Origin: Anaeromyxobacteraceae bacterium
Lineage (GTDB): Bacteria > Myxococcota > Myxococcia > Myxococcales > Anaeromyxobacteraceae
NCBI GenBank assembly: GCA_047602405.1
Contig: JASGHJ010000001.1
Location: 256,001-320,000 of the forward strand
Direction: 5' to 3'
DNA length: 64,000 bases
This document shows positions 52,869 to 63,468 of the stretch, one piece after another. The position numbers and the translations under genes were made by a program. Positions within the stretch are counted from its first letter, which is position 1; every line of letters begins with the position of its first letter. Under the pieces are notes generated by a model. That model made no database searches. It was not told the origin of the DNA and worked only from the letters and a program-made list of their open reading frames with translations.

Positions 52869-53174
52869 TCAGGGGTGGGCGGGCTGCACGACGAGGCGGA
52901 CGCCGAGCGCCGCGCAGACCCGTCGCACCGTATCGAAGCGCGGGGCGCTCTCCGGGCGGAGCGCCTTGTAGAGCGCCTCCCGGGTGATCCCGGCAGCCTT
53001 GGCGATCTCGGTCATCCCGCGGGCCCTGGCGATGTCGCCGAGCGCGACCGCCAGCAGGGAGGCGTCATTCGCCTCGATGACGTCGGTCAGGTAGGCGGCG
53101 ATGGCTTCCTCGCCGTCGAGGTAGGGGGCCGCATCGAACTCCCTGAGGTCGGCCACCTTGATCTTCTTCTTCAC
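52869..53174 (-). CDS. Addiction-module antidote (HTH antitoxin)
   Basis: FDAAPYL...ALGDIARARGMTEIAKAAGITREALYKAL...PRFDTV; GGAGG before GTG. Confidence 0.9.
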   Translation of the reverse strand: MKKKIKVADLREFDAAPYLDGEEAIAAYLTDVIEANDASLLAVALGDIARARGMTEIAKAAGITREALYKALRPESAPRFDTVRRVCAALGVRLVVQPAHP

Positions 53175-53185
53175 GCTTCCTCCCG

Positions 53186-53479
53186 TCATTCCAGCAATGC
53201 GGCCAGCGCCTTGGCGCGGCGGATGTCGGCATCCTGGGTACGCTTCGAGCCACCAGCCAGCAACACGATGACCTGCGCGCCCCGCCGGACGAAGTAGACA
53301 CGCCAGCCGGCTCCGACGTGGATGCGCAGCTCCGAGACGCCGGCCCCCACGGCCTTCACATCACCGGCCAGCCCGAGCTCGAGCCGCTTGAGCCTGGCGA
53401 GTACGACGCCGCGGACCGACGCGTCGTCGAGGGCGTCGAGCCACGCGGTGAACTCGGGGAGCGGCCGGATCGACCACAC
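53186..53479 (-). CDS. RelE/ParE-superfamily addiction-module killer toxin
   Basis: FTAWL, GDVKAVGAGVSELRIHVGAGWRVYF, LLAGGSKRTQDADI; toxin-first order. Confidence 0.9.
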   Translation of the reverse strand: MWSIRPLPEFTAWLDALDDASVRGVVLARLKRLELGLAGDVKAVGAGVSELRIHVGAGWRVYFVRRGAQVIVLLAGGSKRTQDADIRRAKALAALLE

Positions 53480-53487
53480 GCCCCACC

Positions 53488-53505
53488 TGTAATCGATCGA
53501 CCACA
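53488..53505. promoter_or_regulatory. Near-palindromic putative TA operator
   Basis: TGTAATCGATCGACCACA; TTGACC -35-like hexamer on the minus strand at 53510-53515. Confidence 0.5.
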
Positions 53506-53599
53506 CCCGGTCAAGCGACCGGGACCGTGGGTCGCGCTCCTCGAGCCGGCGCTCGGCCGTGACCCGATGTGCCGCCCTCCAGAGGCGTCTCCGCCGCGC

Positions 53600-55072
53600 C
53601 TACAGCAACAGCGCCCCGCCCGCCTGCGCCATCCGCACGACCGGCTCGGCGGCGAGGCCGAGCAGGACGACCACCGCGACGGCGGCCACCAGCGCGACGG
53701 CGGTCGCGGGCGCGGAGAGCACCTCGGTCTCGCCCTCGGCCGGCCGCATGTACATGTAGACCACCACGCGCAGGTAGTAGTAGACGCCGACCGCGCTCGT
53801 GAGCACGCCGACGATCGCGAACGCGGTGAGGTTCCCGCCGACGGCGGCCTGGAAGATGTAGAGCTTCCCGACGAAGCCCGCGGTGGGCGGGATGCCGGCG
53901 AGCGAGAGCAGGAACACCGCCATCGCGAACGCGAGCGCGGGCCGCTTCTTCGCGAGGCCGGCGAAGCGCGAGAGATCCCATGCGTCCACCGCCTCGTCGG
54001 TGGTCGCGCGCCGCTCCACCGCGCCGACGACCGCGAAGGCGCCGATGGCCGAGGCGGCGTACGAGGCGAGGTAGAACAGCATGCCCGCGAGCGCCTGGTT
54101 GCGCATGCCCGGGACCACGGCCGCGAGCACGCCGACGAGCAGGTAGCCCGCGTGCGCGATCGAGGAGTACGCGAGCATCCGCTTCACGCTGCGCTGCGGG
54201 AGCGCGAGCACGTTGCCGCCCGCCATCGTGAGGAGCGCGAGCACGCCGACGGCGGCGAAGATGGCGCTGCGCTGCGCGTGGTCGGTGACCGGGGCGGTGA
54301 CGAAGAGGCGGGCGAGCACCGCGAACGCGGCGGTCTTCACGCCGGCCGCCATGAAGGCGGTGACCGGGGTGGGCGCGCCCTCGTACACGTCGGGGGTCCA
54401 GACGTGGAACGGGACCGCGGCGACCTTGAAGGCGAGGCCGCCCGTCACGAGCGCGAAGCCGGCGACGTAGATCGCGTCGTGGCCGGGGTGCGCGGCGAGC
54501 TTCGAGAAGAGCGTCGTGCCGGCGGCGCCGTAGAGGAGCGCCGAGCCGTAGAGGAGCAGCGCGGAGGAGAACGCGCCGAGCACGAGGTACTTGAACGCGG
54601 CCTCGGACGGGCGGCGGCCGCGGCGCAGGTACGCCGAGAGCGCGTACGTGGCGATGCTCATCACCTCGATCGCCACGAAGGCGACGAGGAGGTCGGCGGC
54701 CATGCCGAGCAGCACCATGCCGCACGCGGCGAAGGTCGCGAGCGCGTAGAACTCGCCGCGCTCGGCGTTGCGGGCCGCGAGCCAGCCGGTGCCGACGAGC
54801 GCCGAGAGCGCGAGGCCGGCGCAGACCACCACGGTCACGAAGGCGGAGAAGTCGTCGACCACCGCCTGGCCGCCGAAGATCGGGCCGCCGGTCCGGTAGG
54901 CGAACGGCATCACGCCGGCGACCGCCGCGGTCACCGCGGTGAGCACCGCCTGGTAGCCGCGCTTGTCGGAGGTGAGGAACACCTCGGTGAGCAGCACGAT
55001 GATCGCGCCGAGGGTGAGGACCGCGACGGGGAGGAGCGCCAGGAAGTCCTGGGTCGGGAAGGTCGTCTGCAT
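53600..55072 (-). CDS. nuoN: NADH-quinone oxidoreductase subunit N
   Basis: [47 protein letters not shown]. Confidence 0.93.
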   Translation of the reverse strand: MQTTFPTQDFLALLPVAVLTLGAIIVLLTEVFLTSDKRGYQAVLTAVTAAVAGVMPFAYRTGGPIFGGQAVVDDFSAFVTVVVCAGLALSALVGTGWLAARNAERGEFYALATFAACGMVLLGMAADLLVAFVAIEVMSIATYALSAYLRRGRRPSEAAFKYLVLGAFSSALLLYGSALLYGAAGTTLFSKLAAHPGHDAIYVAGFALVTGGLAFKVAAVPFHVWTPDVYEGAPTPVTAFMAAGVKTAAFAVLARLFVTAPVTDHAQRSAIFAAVGVLALLTMAGGNVLALPQRSVKRMLAYSSIAHAGYLLVGVLAAVVPGMRNQALAGMLFYLASYAASAIGAFAVVGAVERRATTDEAVDAWDLSRFAGLAKKRPALAFAMAVFLLSLAGIPPTAGFVGKLYIFQAAVGGNLTAFAIVGVLTSAVGVYYYLRVVVYMYMRPAEGETEVLSAPATAVALVAAVAVVVLLGLAAEPVVRMAQAGGALLL

Positions 55073-55074
55073 GT

Positions 55075-56683
<1,609 letters not shown>

Positions 56684-58741
56684 CTAGAAGCCCCCCGAGC
56701 CGAGGACGGACCAGACGACGGTGCCGAGCACGAACGCCGCCGCGAGCGCCATCAGCGCCGCGTAGCGCTGCAGCTCGCCGTTCTGGAAGGTGCGGAAGAG
56801 CGCACCGAGGAAGGCCATGGTGCGCCCCACCCCGTTCACGAGGCCGTCGATGACGAACACGTCGACGAACCGCCAGAGCGCGCGGGAGACGAGCGCGAAG
56901 GGGCGGAGGATGACCGCGCCGTAGAGCTCGTCGACGCGGAACTTGTCGAGCGTGAAGCGGTAGAGCGGGCCGAGGCCGCGGGCGAGCGCGGCGGGCGTCT
57001 CCTTCATGGGGCCCGCGTAGAAGAGCCAGGCCACCAGGGTGCCGGCGGCGGCCACCGCCCAGGCGGCGAAGAACGGCCAGGCCGGGTGATCGCCCTCGTG
57101 CAGGAACTCGAGCGCCTGGAGGCGCCGCGTGCCGTGCGCGAAGACCGGGGCCATGTAGCGCTGGAACAGCTCGGAGACGGGCGAGTGGCCGGGGAGCCCG
57201 AGGAACAGGCCGAGCACCGCGAGCACCGCGAGGATCCAGAGCGGCATGGTCATCGCCGGCGAGGACTCGTGCGCGTGCTCGGCGGCGGGCGTGCGGGGCT
57301 TGCCGACGAAGGTGAGGAGGTAGACCCGCGTCATGTAGAACGCGGTGCCGAGCGCGGCGGCGGTGCCGAGGCCGTAGGCGAGCGGGCCGGCCCAGGGCGC
57401 GGCGGGGTTGTGGCTGAAGAGCGCGTTCCCGAGGATCGCGTCCTTCGAGAAGAAGCCGGACAGCGGCACGAAGCCGGTGATGGCGAGCGTCGCGACGCCG
57501 AAGGTGATCGCGGTGTGCGGCATCTTCCGGGCGAGGCCGCCCATCTTCTGGACGTCGGTCTCGTCGCCCATCCCGTGCATCACCGAGCCCGCGCCGAGGA
57601 AGAGGCAGGCCTTGAAGAAGGCGTGGGTGACGAGGTGCAGGACGCCCGCCCACCAGGCGCCGACGCCGACGCCGATGAACATGAAGCCGAGCTGCGAGAC
57701 GGTCGAGTACGCCAGCACCTTCTTGATGTCGTTCTGGACGAAGGCGATGAGCGCGGCGAAGAGCGCGGTCGCGGCGCCCACCACCGTGACGACCGCCATC
57801 GCGGTCGGCGAGACCGTGAAGAGCACGTTGTTGCGGGCGACGAGGTAGACGCCCGCGGTGACCATCGTCGCCGCGTGGATGAGGGCGGAGACCGGGGTCG
57901 GGCCGGCCATCGCGTCGGGCAGCCAGACGTAGAGCGGCAGCTGGGCCGACTTGCCGGCCGCGCCGATGAAGAGGCCGAGGAGCGCGAAGGTGATCGCCTG
58001 CTCCCAGGTCCAGCCGAGCGCCCCGAAGGGGCCGGAGGCCACCACGCTCGCCGGATCGAAGGCGCCGGAGGCGACGTAGCCCTGGATGAGCTGGTAGTTC
58101 GCGGTGCCGAAGAGGGCGATGAGCGAGAACGCGCCGACGAGGAAGCCGAAGTCGCCGATGCGGTTCGTGACGAAGGCCTTGCGGCCGGCGTAGGCCTTCT
58201 GCGGATCGGTGTACCAGAAGCCGATCAGGAGGTACGAGCAGAGCCCGACGCCCTCCCACCCGACGAAGGTGGTGACGAGCGAGTCGCCGAGGACGAGCAC
58301 GAGCATCGCCGCGACGAAGAGGTTGAGGTAGGTGAAGTACCGCGCGTAGCCGGCGCCGTCCTCGTGGGACATGTACGACGCCGAGTAGACGTGGATGAGC
58401 GAGCCGACGAACGTGACCACCAGGATCATCGTCCCGGAGAGCCGGTCGGCGAGGAGCCCCCAGGTGATGTCGATCATCGGCCGACCGCCGCTCGCGGACG
58501 GGACCGAGAACCACGGATCGGCCTGGTACACGAGGATGTTGCCGTGGAACGTCCAGCTGAACGCGATGATCGCGAGCGTCAGCGAGCCGGCCATGGCGCC
58601 GAGCGCGACCAAGGTCACGTTGGCGCGGCCGATCCGCTTGCCGAACAGGCCGTTCACGATGGCGCCCGCCAGCGGGAACAGGATGATCGCCCACAGTGAG
58701 CTTGCGGCTGGCCCAGGGTAGATCGGGATGTTGGGGAGCAT
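56684..58741 (-). CDS. nuoL: NADH-quinone oxidoreductase subunit L
   Basis: GWEGVGLCSY, NRIGD, GKSAQLPLYVWLPDAMAGPTPVSALIHAATMV, THAFFKA. Confidence 0.95.
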   Translation of the reverse strand: MLPNIPIYPGPAASSLWAIILFPLAGAIVNGLFGKRIGRANVTLVALGAMAGSLTLAIIAFSWTFHGNILVYQADPWFSVPSASGGRPMIDITWGLLADRLSGTMILVVTFVGSLIHVYSASYMSHEDGAGYARYFTYLNLFVAAMLVLVLGDSLVTTFVGWEGVGLCSYLLIGFWYTDPQKAYAGRKAFVTNRIGDFGFLVGAFSLIALFGTANYQLIQGYVASGAFDPASVVASGPFGALGWTWEQAITFALLGLFIGAAGKSAQLPLYVWLPDAMAGPTPVSALIHAATMVTAGVYLVARNNVLFTVSPTAMAVVTVVGAATALFAALIAFVQNDIKKVLAYSTVSQLGFMFIGVGVGAWWAGVLHLVTHAFFKACLFLGAGSVMHGMGDETDVQKMGGLARKMPHTAITFGVATLAITGFVPLSGFFSKDAILGNALFSHNPAAPWAGPLAYGLGTAAALGTAFYMTRVYLLTFVGKPRTPAAEHAHESSPAMTMPLWILAVLAVLGLFLGLPGHSPVSELFQRYMAPVFAHGTRRLQALEFLHEGDHPAWPFFAAWAVAAAGTLVAWLFYAGPMKETPAALARGLGPLYRFTLDKFRVDELYGAVILRPFALVSRALWRFVDVFVIDGLVNGVGRTMAFLGALFRTFQNGELQRYAALMALAAAFVLGTVVWSVLGSGGF

Positions 58742-58820
58742 GGGGGTGGCGAAGGATTAGCTTGTCGCAGGGCTTTCCACAAGCGATTCTCCTCGGGAAA
58801 ACCCCCGCAAGGATGCGGAC

Positions 58821-60251
58821 ATGACGCCCCCCGGACCCCCCACGGAAGCCTCCCTCCAGACCGAGCTCCGCAAGCTCCCGAAGGCCGACCGGCTGCTCGA
58901 GGCCGCCGATCGCGCGGGGCTCCTCCGCCGCGTCGGCCACGCGGCGACGATGGAGGCGATCCGCTCGGAGCTGGACCGGGTCCGCGAGGAGATCCGGGGA
59001 GGTGCGCCCTGCCCGGAGCCGGCCGCCCTGGAGCGGACCGTGCTCGAGCGCCTCTCGGCCGCCGCCCGGGGCACCTTGCGACCGGTGGTGAACGCGACCG
59101 GGGTGGTCGTCCACACCAACCTCGGGCGCGCCCCCCTGTCGGACGAGACGGTCGAGGCCATGCGGGAGGCGTCCGGCTACGGGACGCTCGAGTTCGACCT
59201 CTCGACCGGCGAGCGGGGCGACCGGCACGTCCACGCCGAGGCGGCGCTGTGCCGCCTGACCGGCGCCGAGGCCGCCGCGGTCGTGAACAACAACGCGGCC
59301 GCCGTGATGCTCGCGCTCGCCGCGCTCGGCGAGGGCCGGCCGAGCGGCGACGCGCCCCCCGACGGCCCGGCCGAGGTGATCGTCTCCCGCGGCCAGCTCG
59401 TCGAGATCGGCGGCGGGTTCCGGGTGCCGGACGTGCTCCGGCGCTCCGGCTGCACGCTCGTCGAGGTCGGCACCACGAACCGGACCTACCTGCGCGACTA
59501 CGCGGACGCGGTGACCCCGCGGACGCGGATCCTGCTGTGGGTCCACCGGTCGAACTTCCGGCAGGAGGGGTTCGTCCACGAGCCGACGCTGGAGGAACTC
59601 GTGGGCCTCGCGCGCGAGCGGGACCTCTGGGTGGTCGACGACCTCGGCTCGGGCACGGTGATCGACCCGGAGCCCTTCGGCCTCGGGTCGGAGCCGCGGG
59701 TGCAGGAGCGCGTACACGCCGGCGCGGACCTCGTGTGCTTCTCGGGCGACAAGCTGCTCGGCGGGCCGCAGGCGGGGCTCCTCGCGGGGCGCCGGGAGGC
59801 GGTGCGGCGGGTGAAGCGGCATCCGCTCATGCGGGCGCTGCGCGTGGACAAGGCCACCTTCGCCGGGCTGTCGGCGACGCTCGGGCACCACGAACGCGGG
59901 GAGGCCACGGCGAAGATCCCGATCTGGAGGGCGATCGCGATGTCCCCGGGGGAGATCGCGGGCCGGGCCAGGAATTGGCTCGCGGACCTCGGAGAGGCCG
60001 GCGAGGGGGCCGAGGTGAGGGAGTCCCGGAGCGCGGTGGGCGGGGGGTCGCTGCCGGGGGTCACGCTGCCGACGTTCGTGCTGGCGCTCCCTGAAGGTGA
60101 TCCGGATGTGCAGCTGGCCAGGTTGCGGCGGGCGGAGCTGCCGGTCATCGGGCGCATCGAGGACGACCGGGTGGTGCTCGATCCGCGCACGGTGCTGCCG
60201 GGGCAGGATGGGGCGGTGATACAGGCGGTGAGGCAGGCGATCCGGGGCTGA
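58821..60251 (+). CDS. selA: L-seryl-tRNA(Sec) selenium transferase
   Basis: NATGVVVHTNLGRAPL, VNNNAAAV, SRGQLVEIGGGFR, EVGTTNRT, FSGDKLLGGPQAG. Confidence 0.96.
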   Translation: MTPPGPPTEASLQTELRKLPKADRLLEAADRAGLLRRVGHAATMEAIRSELDRVREEIRGGAPCPEPAALERTVLERLSAAARGTLRPVVNATGVVVHTNLGRAPLSDETVEAMREASGYGTLEFDLSTGERGDRHVHAEAALCRLTGAEAAAVVNNNAAAVMLALAALGEGRPSGDAPPDGPAEVIVSRGQLVEIGGGFRVPDVLRRSGCTLVEVGTTNRTYLRDYADAVTPRTRILLWVHRSNFRQEGFVHEPTLEELVGLARERDLWVVDDLGSGTVIDPEPFGLGSEPRVQERVHAGADLVCFSGDKLLGGPQAGLLAGRREAVRRVKRHPLMRALRVDKATFAGLSATLGHHERGEATAKIPIWRAIAMSPGEIAGRARNWLADLGEAGEGAEVRESRSAVGGGSLPGVTLPTFVLALPEGDPDVQLARLRRAELPVIGRIEDDRVVLDPRTVLPGQDGAVIQAVRQAIRG

Positions 60252-60256
60252 GGGGC

Positions 60257-60500
60257 GGGACCGGGGACCGGGGACCGGGGACCGGGGACCGGGGACCGGG
60301 ATCGGGACCGGGATCGGGACCGGGACCGGGATCGGGACCGGGATCGGGACCGGGATCGGGACTGGGATCGGGATCGGGATCGGGATCGGGACTGGGATCG
60401 GGAGCGCAGTCCCCGGTCTCAATCTCAATCTCAATCTCAATCCCAATGCCGATCCCGATCGCAATCCCGATCCCGATCCCACATCGCGATCTCGATCCCC
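60257..60500 (+). repeat. Composite heptamer/hexamer tandem array with a fold-back arm
   Basis: (GGGACCG)x6, then about 17 GGGAYY hexamers to ~60403, then CTCAAT/CCCGAT-type hexamers (60417-60500) complementary to the GGGATC arm. Confidence 0.92.
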
Positions 60501-60530
60501 CTCGCGTCGGGATGCCATGTCGTTGGAGTT

Positions 60531-60663
60531 CTTTCGGCCGTGGGCTGCGTCTGCGTTGGTCGGCGCACGTTTCGTGCCGGGCCACCGCCTGGCGCGCTCG
60601 ATCCCGGGCCCGTCACGAAACCTGCGCCGGGGGTGGGCAGACGCAGCCCACGGCCGAAAGGAG
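60531..60663 (+). ncRNA. Putative structured leader RNA, copy A (long hairpin covering the RBS)
   Basis: Perfect 24-bp IR 60531-60554/60637-60660 plus inner stems CGGCGCA/TGCGCCG, GTTTCGTG/CACGAAAC, CGGGCC/GGCCCG. Confidence 0.6.
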
Positions 60664-60669
60664 CCCCCG

Positions 60670-61008
60670 ATGCAGCCTTCCACCTCCACCTTCGTCGCCT
60701 ACGACGTCGCCATCCAGCTCGCGCGTGCGGTCGCGCGGATCCTTCCCGTCATCCTCCGCCACGATCCCTCGCTCGCCGATCAGCTCCGTCGCGCGGTCAC
60801 CTCCGTGCCGCTGAACGTCGCCGAGGGCAACCGCCGCGTCGGCAGGGACCGCCCGCACAACTTCCGCGTCGCGCTCGGGTCGGCGTCCGAGGTGCAGGCG
60901 TGCCTCGACGTCGCCGAGGCGCTCGGGTATCTCGCCCGCGAGGCCGTGCAGCCCGCGCTCGCGCCCGCGGATCGCGTGCAGCGGCTGCTCCGCGGGCTCA
61001 CGCGGTGA
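60670..61008 (+). CDS. Four-helix-bundle protein (23S rRNA IVP/Avd-like), copy A
   Basis: LADQLRRAVTSVPLNVAEG...ALGSASEV...ALGYL; AAGGAG RBS. Confidence 0.9.
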   Translation: MQPSTSTFVAYDVAIQLARAVARILPVILRHDPSLADQLRRAVTSVPLNVAEGNRRVGRDRPHNFRVALGSASEVQACLDVAEALGYLAREAVQPALAPADRVQRLLRGLTR

Positions 61009-61014
61009 AGCCGG

Positions 61015-61045
61015 TCCGGGCGGGGCCACGCTGGCCCCGCCCGGA
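61015..61045. terminator. GC-rich hairpin between the two convergent four-helix-bundle genes
   Basis: TCCGGGCGGGGCCA-cgc-TGGCCCCGCCCGGA, 14-bp perfect stem, no U-tract. Confidence 0.5.
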
Positions 61046-61051
61046 AGGTGC

Positions 61052-61402
61052 CTACGCCGCCCGCGGCGCCGGGAGGCGCCAGAGCATGCCGAGGAGGCGA
61101 TCGCAGGCGCGGAGGGCGGGCTCCGCGTCGGCGGAGGAGACGTAGCCCCACGCCAGGGCGACGTGCAGCGCCGCCCGGACCTCGTCCGCGCTGCCGGCGG
61201 CGATGCGGAAGGAGTGGAGGCGATCCTTGCCCACCCGCCGGTTGCCCTCCGCGAGGTTGAGCGGGATGGACGACGCCGCGCGGGAGAGCTGATCGGCGAG
61301 CGATGCGTCCCGCCGCGCGAGCGCGACGCGAAGGTCGCGGAGAGAGGCGATGACGGTGAGCGCGACGTCGTAAGCGATGAAGGTGGAGGGGGTGGAAGAC
61401 AT
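61052..61402 (-). CDS. Four-helix-bundle protein (23S rRNA IVP/Avd-like), copy B
   Basis: LADQLSRAASSIPLNLAEG...AAGSADEV...AWGYV; AAGGAG RBS. Confidence 0.9.
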   Translation of the reverse strand: MSSTPSTFIAYDVALTVIASLRDLRVALARRDASLADQLSRAASSIPLNLAEGNRRVGKDRLHSFRIAAGSADEVRAALHVALAWGYVSSADAEPALRACDRLLGMLWRLPAPRAA

Positions 61403-61409
61403 CGGAAGG

Positions 61410-61547
61410 CTCCTTTCGGCTGTGGGCTGCGTCTGCCCCACTCCCGGCGCAGGTTTCATGACGGGCCCCGGGACCGAGCGAAGGCAAGCGGTGGCCCGGC
61501 AGGAAACGTGCGCCGTCCAAGCAGACGCAGCCCACAGCCGAAAGGAG
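61410..61547 (-). ncRNA. Putative structured leader RNA, copy B
   Basis: Perfect IR CTCCTTTCGGCTGTGGGCTGCGTCTGC (61410-61436) / GCAGACGCAGCCCACAGCCGAAAGGAG (61521-61547); aligns with copy A. Confidence 0.6.
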
Positions 61548-61622
61548 GCCGGTGACGGCCCAATCACACGAGCCTCCGGCGCCCTCACACGAGCGACGGT
61601 CCCCTCACCCACCAGCGCGAAC

Positions 61623-61707
61623 AGTCCGAGTCCGAGTCCGAGTCCGAGTCCGTCTCCGTCTCCGTCTCCGCCTCCGCCTCCGTCTCCGCCTCCGCCCCCG
61701 CCTCCGC
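61623..61707 (-). repeat. Hexamer tandem array
   Basis: Top strand (AGTCCG)x5 then TCTCCG/CCTCCG units; abuts the stop codon of the response regulator. Confidence 0.9.
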
Positions 61708-62418
61708 CTACCTGTTGAACCGGTACCCCACCCCTCTCACGGTCTCGAGGTGCCTGGGATGCTCCGCGTCGTCCCCGATGTGCGTCCGCAACCGGGCGAT
61801 GAAGTTGTCCACCGTCCTCGCGGTCCCGAAGTACCGGCTCCCCCACACCGCCTCGAGGAGCTGGTCGCGGGAGAACACGCGCTCGGGGTGCGCCACGAAG
61901 AACGCGAGGAGATCGAACTCCCGGCTCGTGAGCTCGAGCGCCTTCCCCTTCACGGCCGCCCGCCGGCCCTCGAGGTCGACCTCGAGGTCGCCGATCTTCT
62001 TCACGGTCCTGCGGGCGGCCGCGCCGGCACCGCCGGGCTCCGCGGCGGCGCGGCGGCGGCGGAGGAGGGCGTCGACGCGGGCGAGCAGCTCCTTCAGGCC
62101 GAACGGCTTCACGAGGTAGTCGTCCGCCCCGAGCTGCAGGCCGGCCACCTTGTCGCTCTCCTGCCCCTTCGCCGACAGGATCAGCACCGGCAGGTCCGGG
62201 TCGTCCTTGCGGATCTCGCGGACGATCTCGAGGCCGCCCAGGCTCGGGAGCATGACGTCGACGATCACGAGGTCGGGCGCCTCGGTGCGGGCCATCTCGA
62301 GGCCCTGCGCGCCGTCCATCGAGGAGCGGACCGTGTAGCCCTCCATGGAGAGGTTGAGCTGCAGCCCTCGCAGGATGGACGGGTCGTCCTCGATGACGAG
62401 GATGCGCTCGGCGGTCAT
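61708..62418 (-). CDS. OmpR/PhoB family response regulator
   Basis: ILVIEDD, DVMLP, GADDYLVKPF, LTSREFDLL, RTVDNFIARLR, TVRGVGYRF. Confidence 0.95.
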   Translation of the reverse strand: MTAERILVIEDDPSILRGLQLNLSMEGYTVRSSMDGAQGLEMARTEAPDLVIVDVMLPSLGGLEIVREIRKDDPDLPVLILSAKGQESDKVAGLQLGADDYLVKPFGLKELLARVDALLRRRRAAAEPGGAGAAARRTVKKIGDLEVDLEGRRAAVKGKALELTSREFDLLAFFVAHPERVFSRDQLLEAVWGSRYFGTARTVDNFIARLRTHIGDDAEHPRHLETVRGVGYRFNR

Positions 62419-63326
62419 CGCGCGACCTCCTCCGCCGGCGCGGCCGGCAGGGCGATGGTGAAGGTGGAGCCCTTGCCGACCTCGCTCTGGACCTCGATGT
62501 CGCCGCCGTGGCGGGTGACCACGTGCTTCGCCATCGCGAGCCCGAGCCCGGTGCCCTCGATCGAGCGCTGGAGCGCGTCGCTCGAGCGGTAGAACTTCTC
62601 GAAGATCCGCTTCTGCTCGCGCGGCGGGATGCCCGGGCCGTTGTCCTCGACGGCGATGAACACGGTCGGCCCGCGGGCCCAGGCCTTCACGGCGAGCTTC
62701 TTCTCCGGCCCGGTGTACTTCACGGCGTTCGCGAGCAGGTCGAGGACCGCCTCGGTGAGCGCCTCGCGGTCGGCGAGCACGAGCGGCAGGCCGAGCGGGA
62801 TGTCGCGGGTGAGCTCGATCCCCCCCTGGCCGAGCGTCTGGGCCAGCACGGCCATGATGGCGGCCTCGACGATGGGCTCGACCGGCTGGCGCACGAGGTT
62901 GAAGGTGCGGCGCCCGGACTCCATGCGCGCCCAGTCGAGGAGCCGGTTGATGAGGCCGGAGAGCCGCTCGGTCTCCTCGGCGACGATCGCGAGCGCCTCC
63001 TTCTGGCGCTCGGGGTCGTGGATGCGGCCGAGCTGGAGCGTCTCCACGAACATGCGGATCGAGGTGAGCGGCGTGCGCAGGTCGTGGGAGACCTTGTTCA
63101 CGAAGTCGGTCTGGAGCTTCGCGACCCGCGCCTCGCGGTAGAGCACGGCGAGCGTGGCCGCGGTCCCCGCCACGGTGGTGGCGACGAGGGCGAGGATGAG
63201 GGAGCCGAAGAGGTAGTCCCGCGCGAACGAGCCGTAGACCAGGATCAGGATCCCGACCGTCAGCATGAGCGCCGCGGGCAAGAAGACGAAGCCGATGATG
63301 AGCGGGAAGACCCGGCGGAGCTTCAC
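62415..63326 (-). CDS. Membrane sensor histidine kinase
   Basis: Two TM helices, VSHDLRTPLTSI, NAVKY, DNGPGI, GTGLGL. Confidence 0.93.
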   Translation of the reverse strand: MKLRRVFPLIIGFVFLPAALMLTVGILILVYGSFARDYLFGSLILALVATTVAGTAATLAVLYREARVAKLQTDFVNKVSHDLRTPLTSIRMFVETLQLGRIHDPERQKEALAIVAEETERLSGLINRLLDWARMESGRRTFNLVRQPVEPIVEAAIMAVLAQTLGQGGIELTRDIPLGLPLVLADREALTEAVLDLLANAVKYTGPEKKLAVKAWARGPTVFIAVEDNGPGIPPREQKRIFEKFYRSSDALQRSIEGTGLGLAMAKHVVTRHGGDIEVQSEVGKGSTFTIALPAAPAEEVAR

Positions 63327-63374
63327 GGGCGGATTGTAGTCCCTCCCCGCCGGGCGGGTGGGAACGCGCCGCCG

Positions 63375-63417
63375 AAAAAGGCGACGGCCCGCGTCGCCGG
63401 AGCGAGGCGGGCCGTCG
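63375..63417 (-). terminator. Rho-independent terminator after the cytochrome gene
   Basis: CGACGGCCCGC...GCGGGCCGTCG stem followed by ccTTTTT on the minus strand. Confidence 0.65.
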
Positions 63418-63468
63418 GTGGTTCGCCGCGGCCGGGGACCTCGGGAGGTCCCCGGTCACGTCAGGAGG

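Noticed and set aside
60257..60500. CRISPR array
   Set aside because: Units are 6-7 nt with no unique spacers, and no cas genes are present.
60531..61547. Retron msr-msd or diversity-generating retroelement
   Set aside because: Terminal inverted repeats and Avd-like proteins are suggestive, but no reverse transcriptase or adenine-variable repeat pair was seen in the window.
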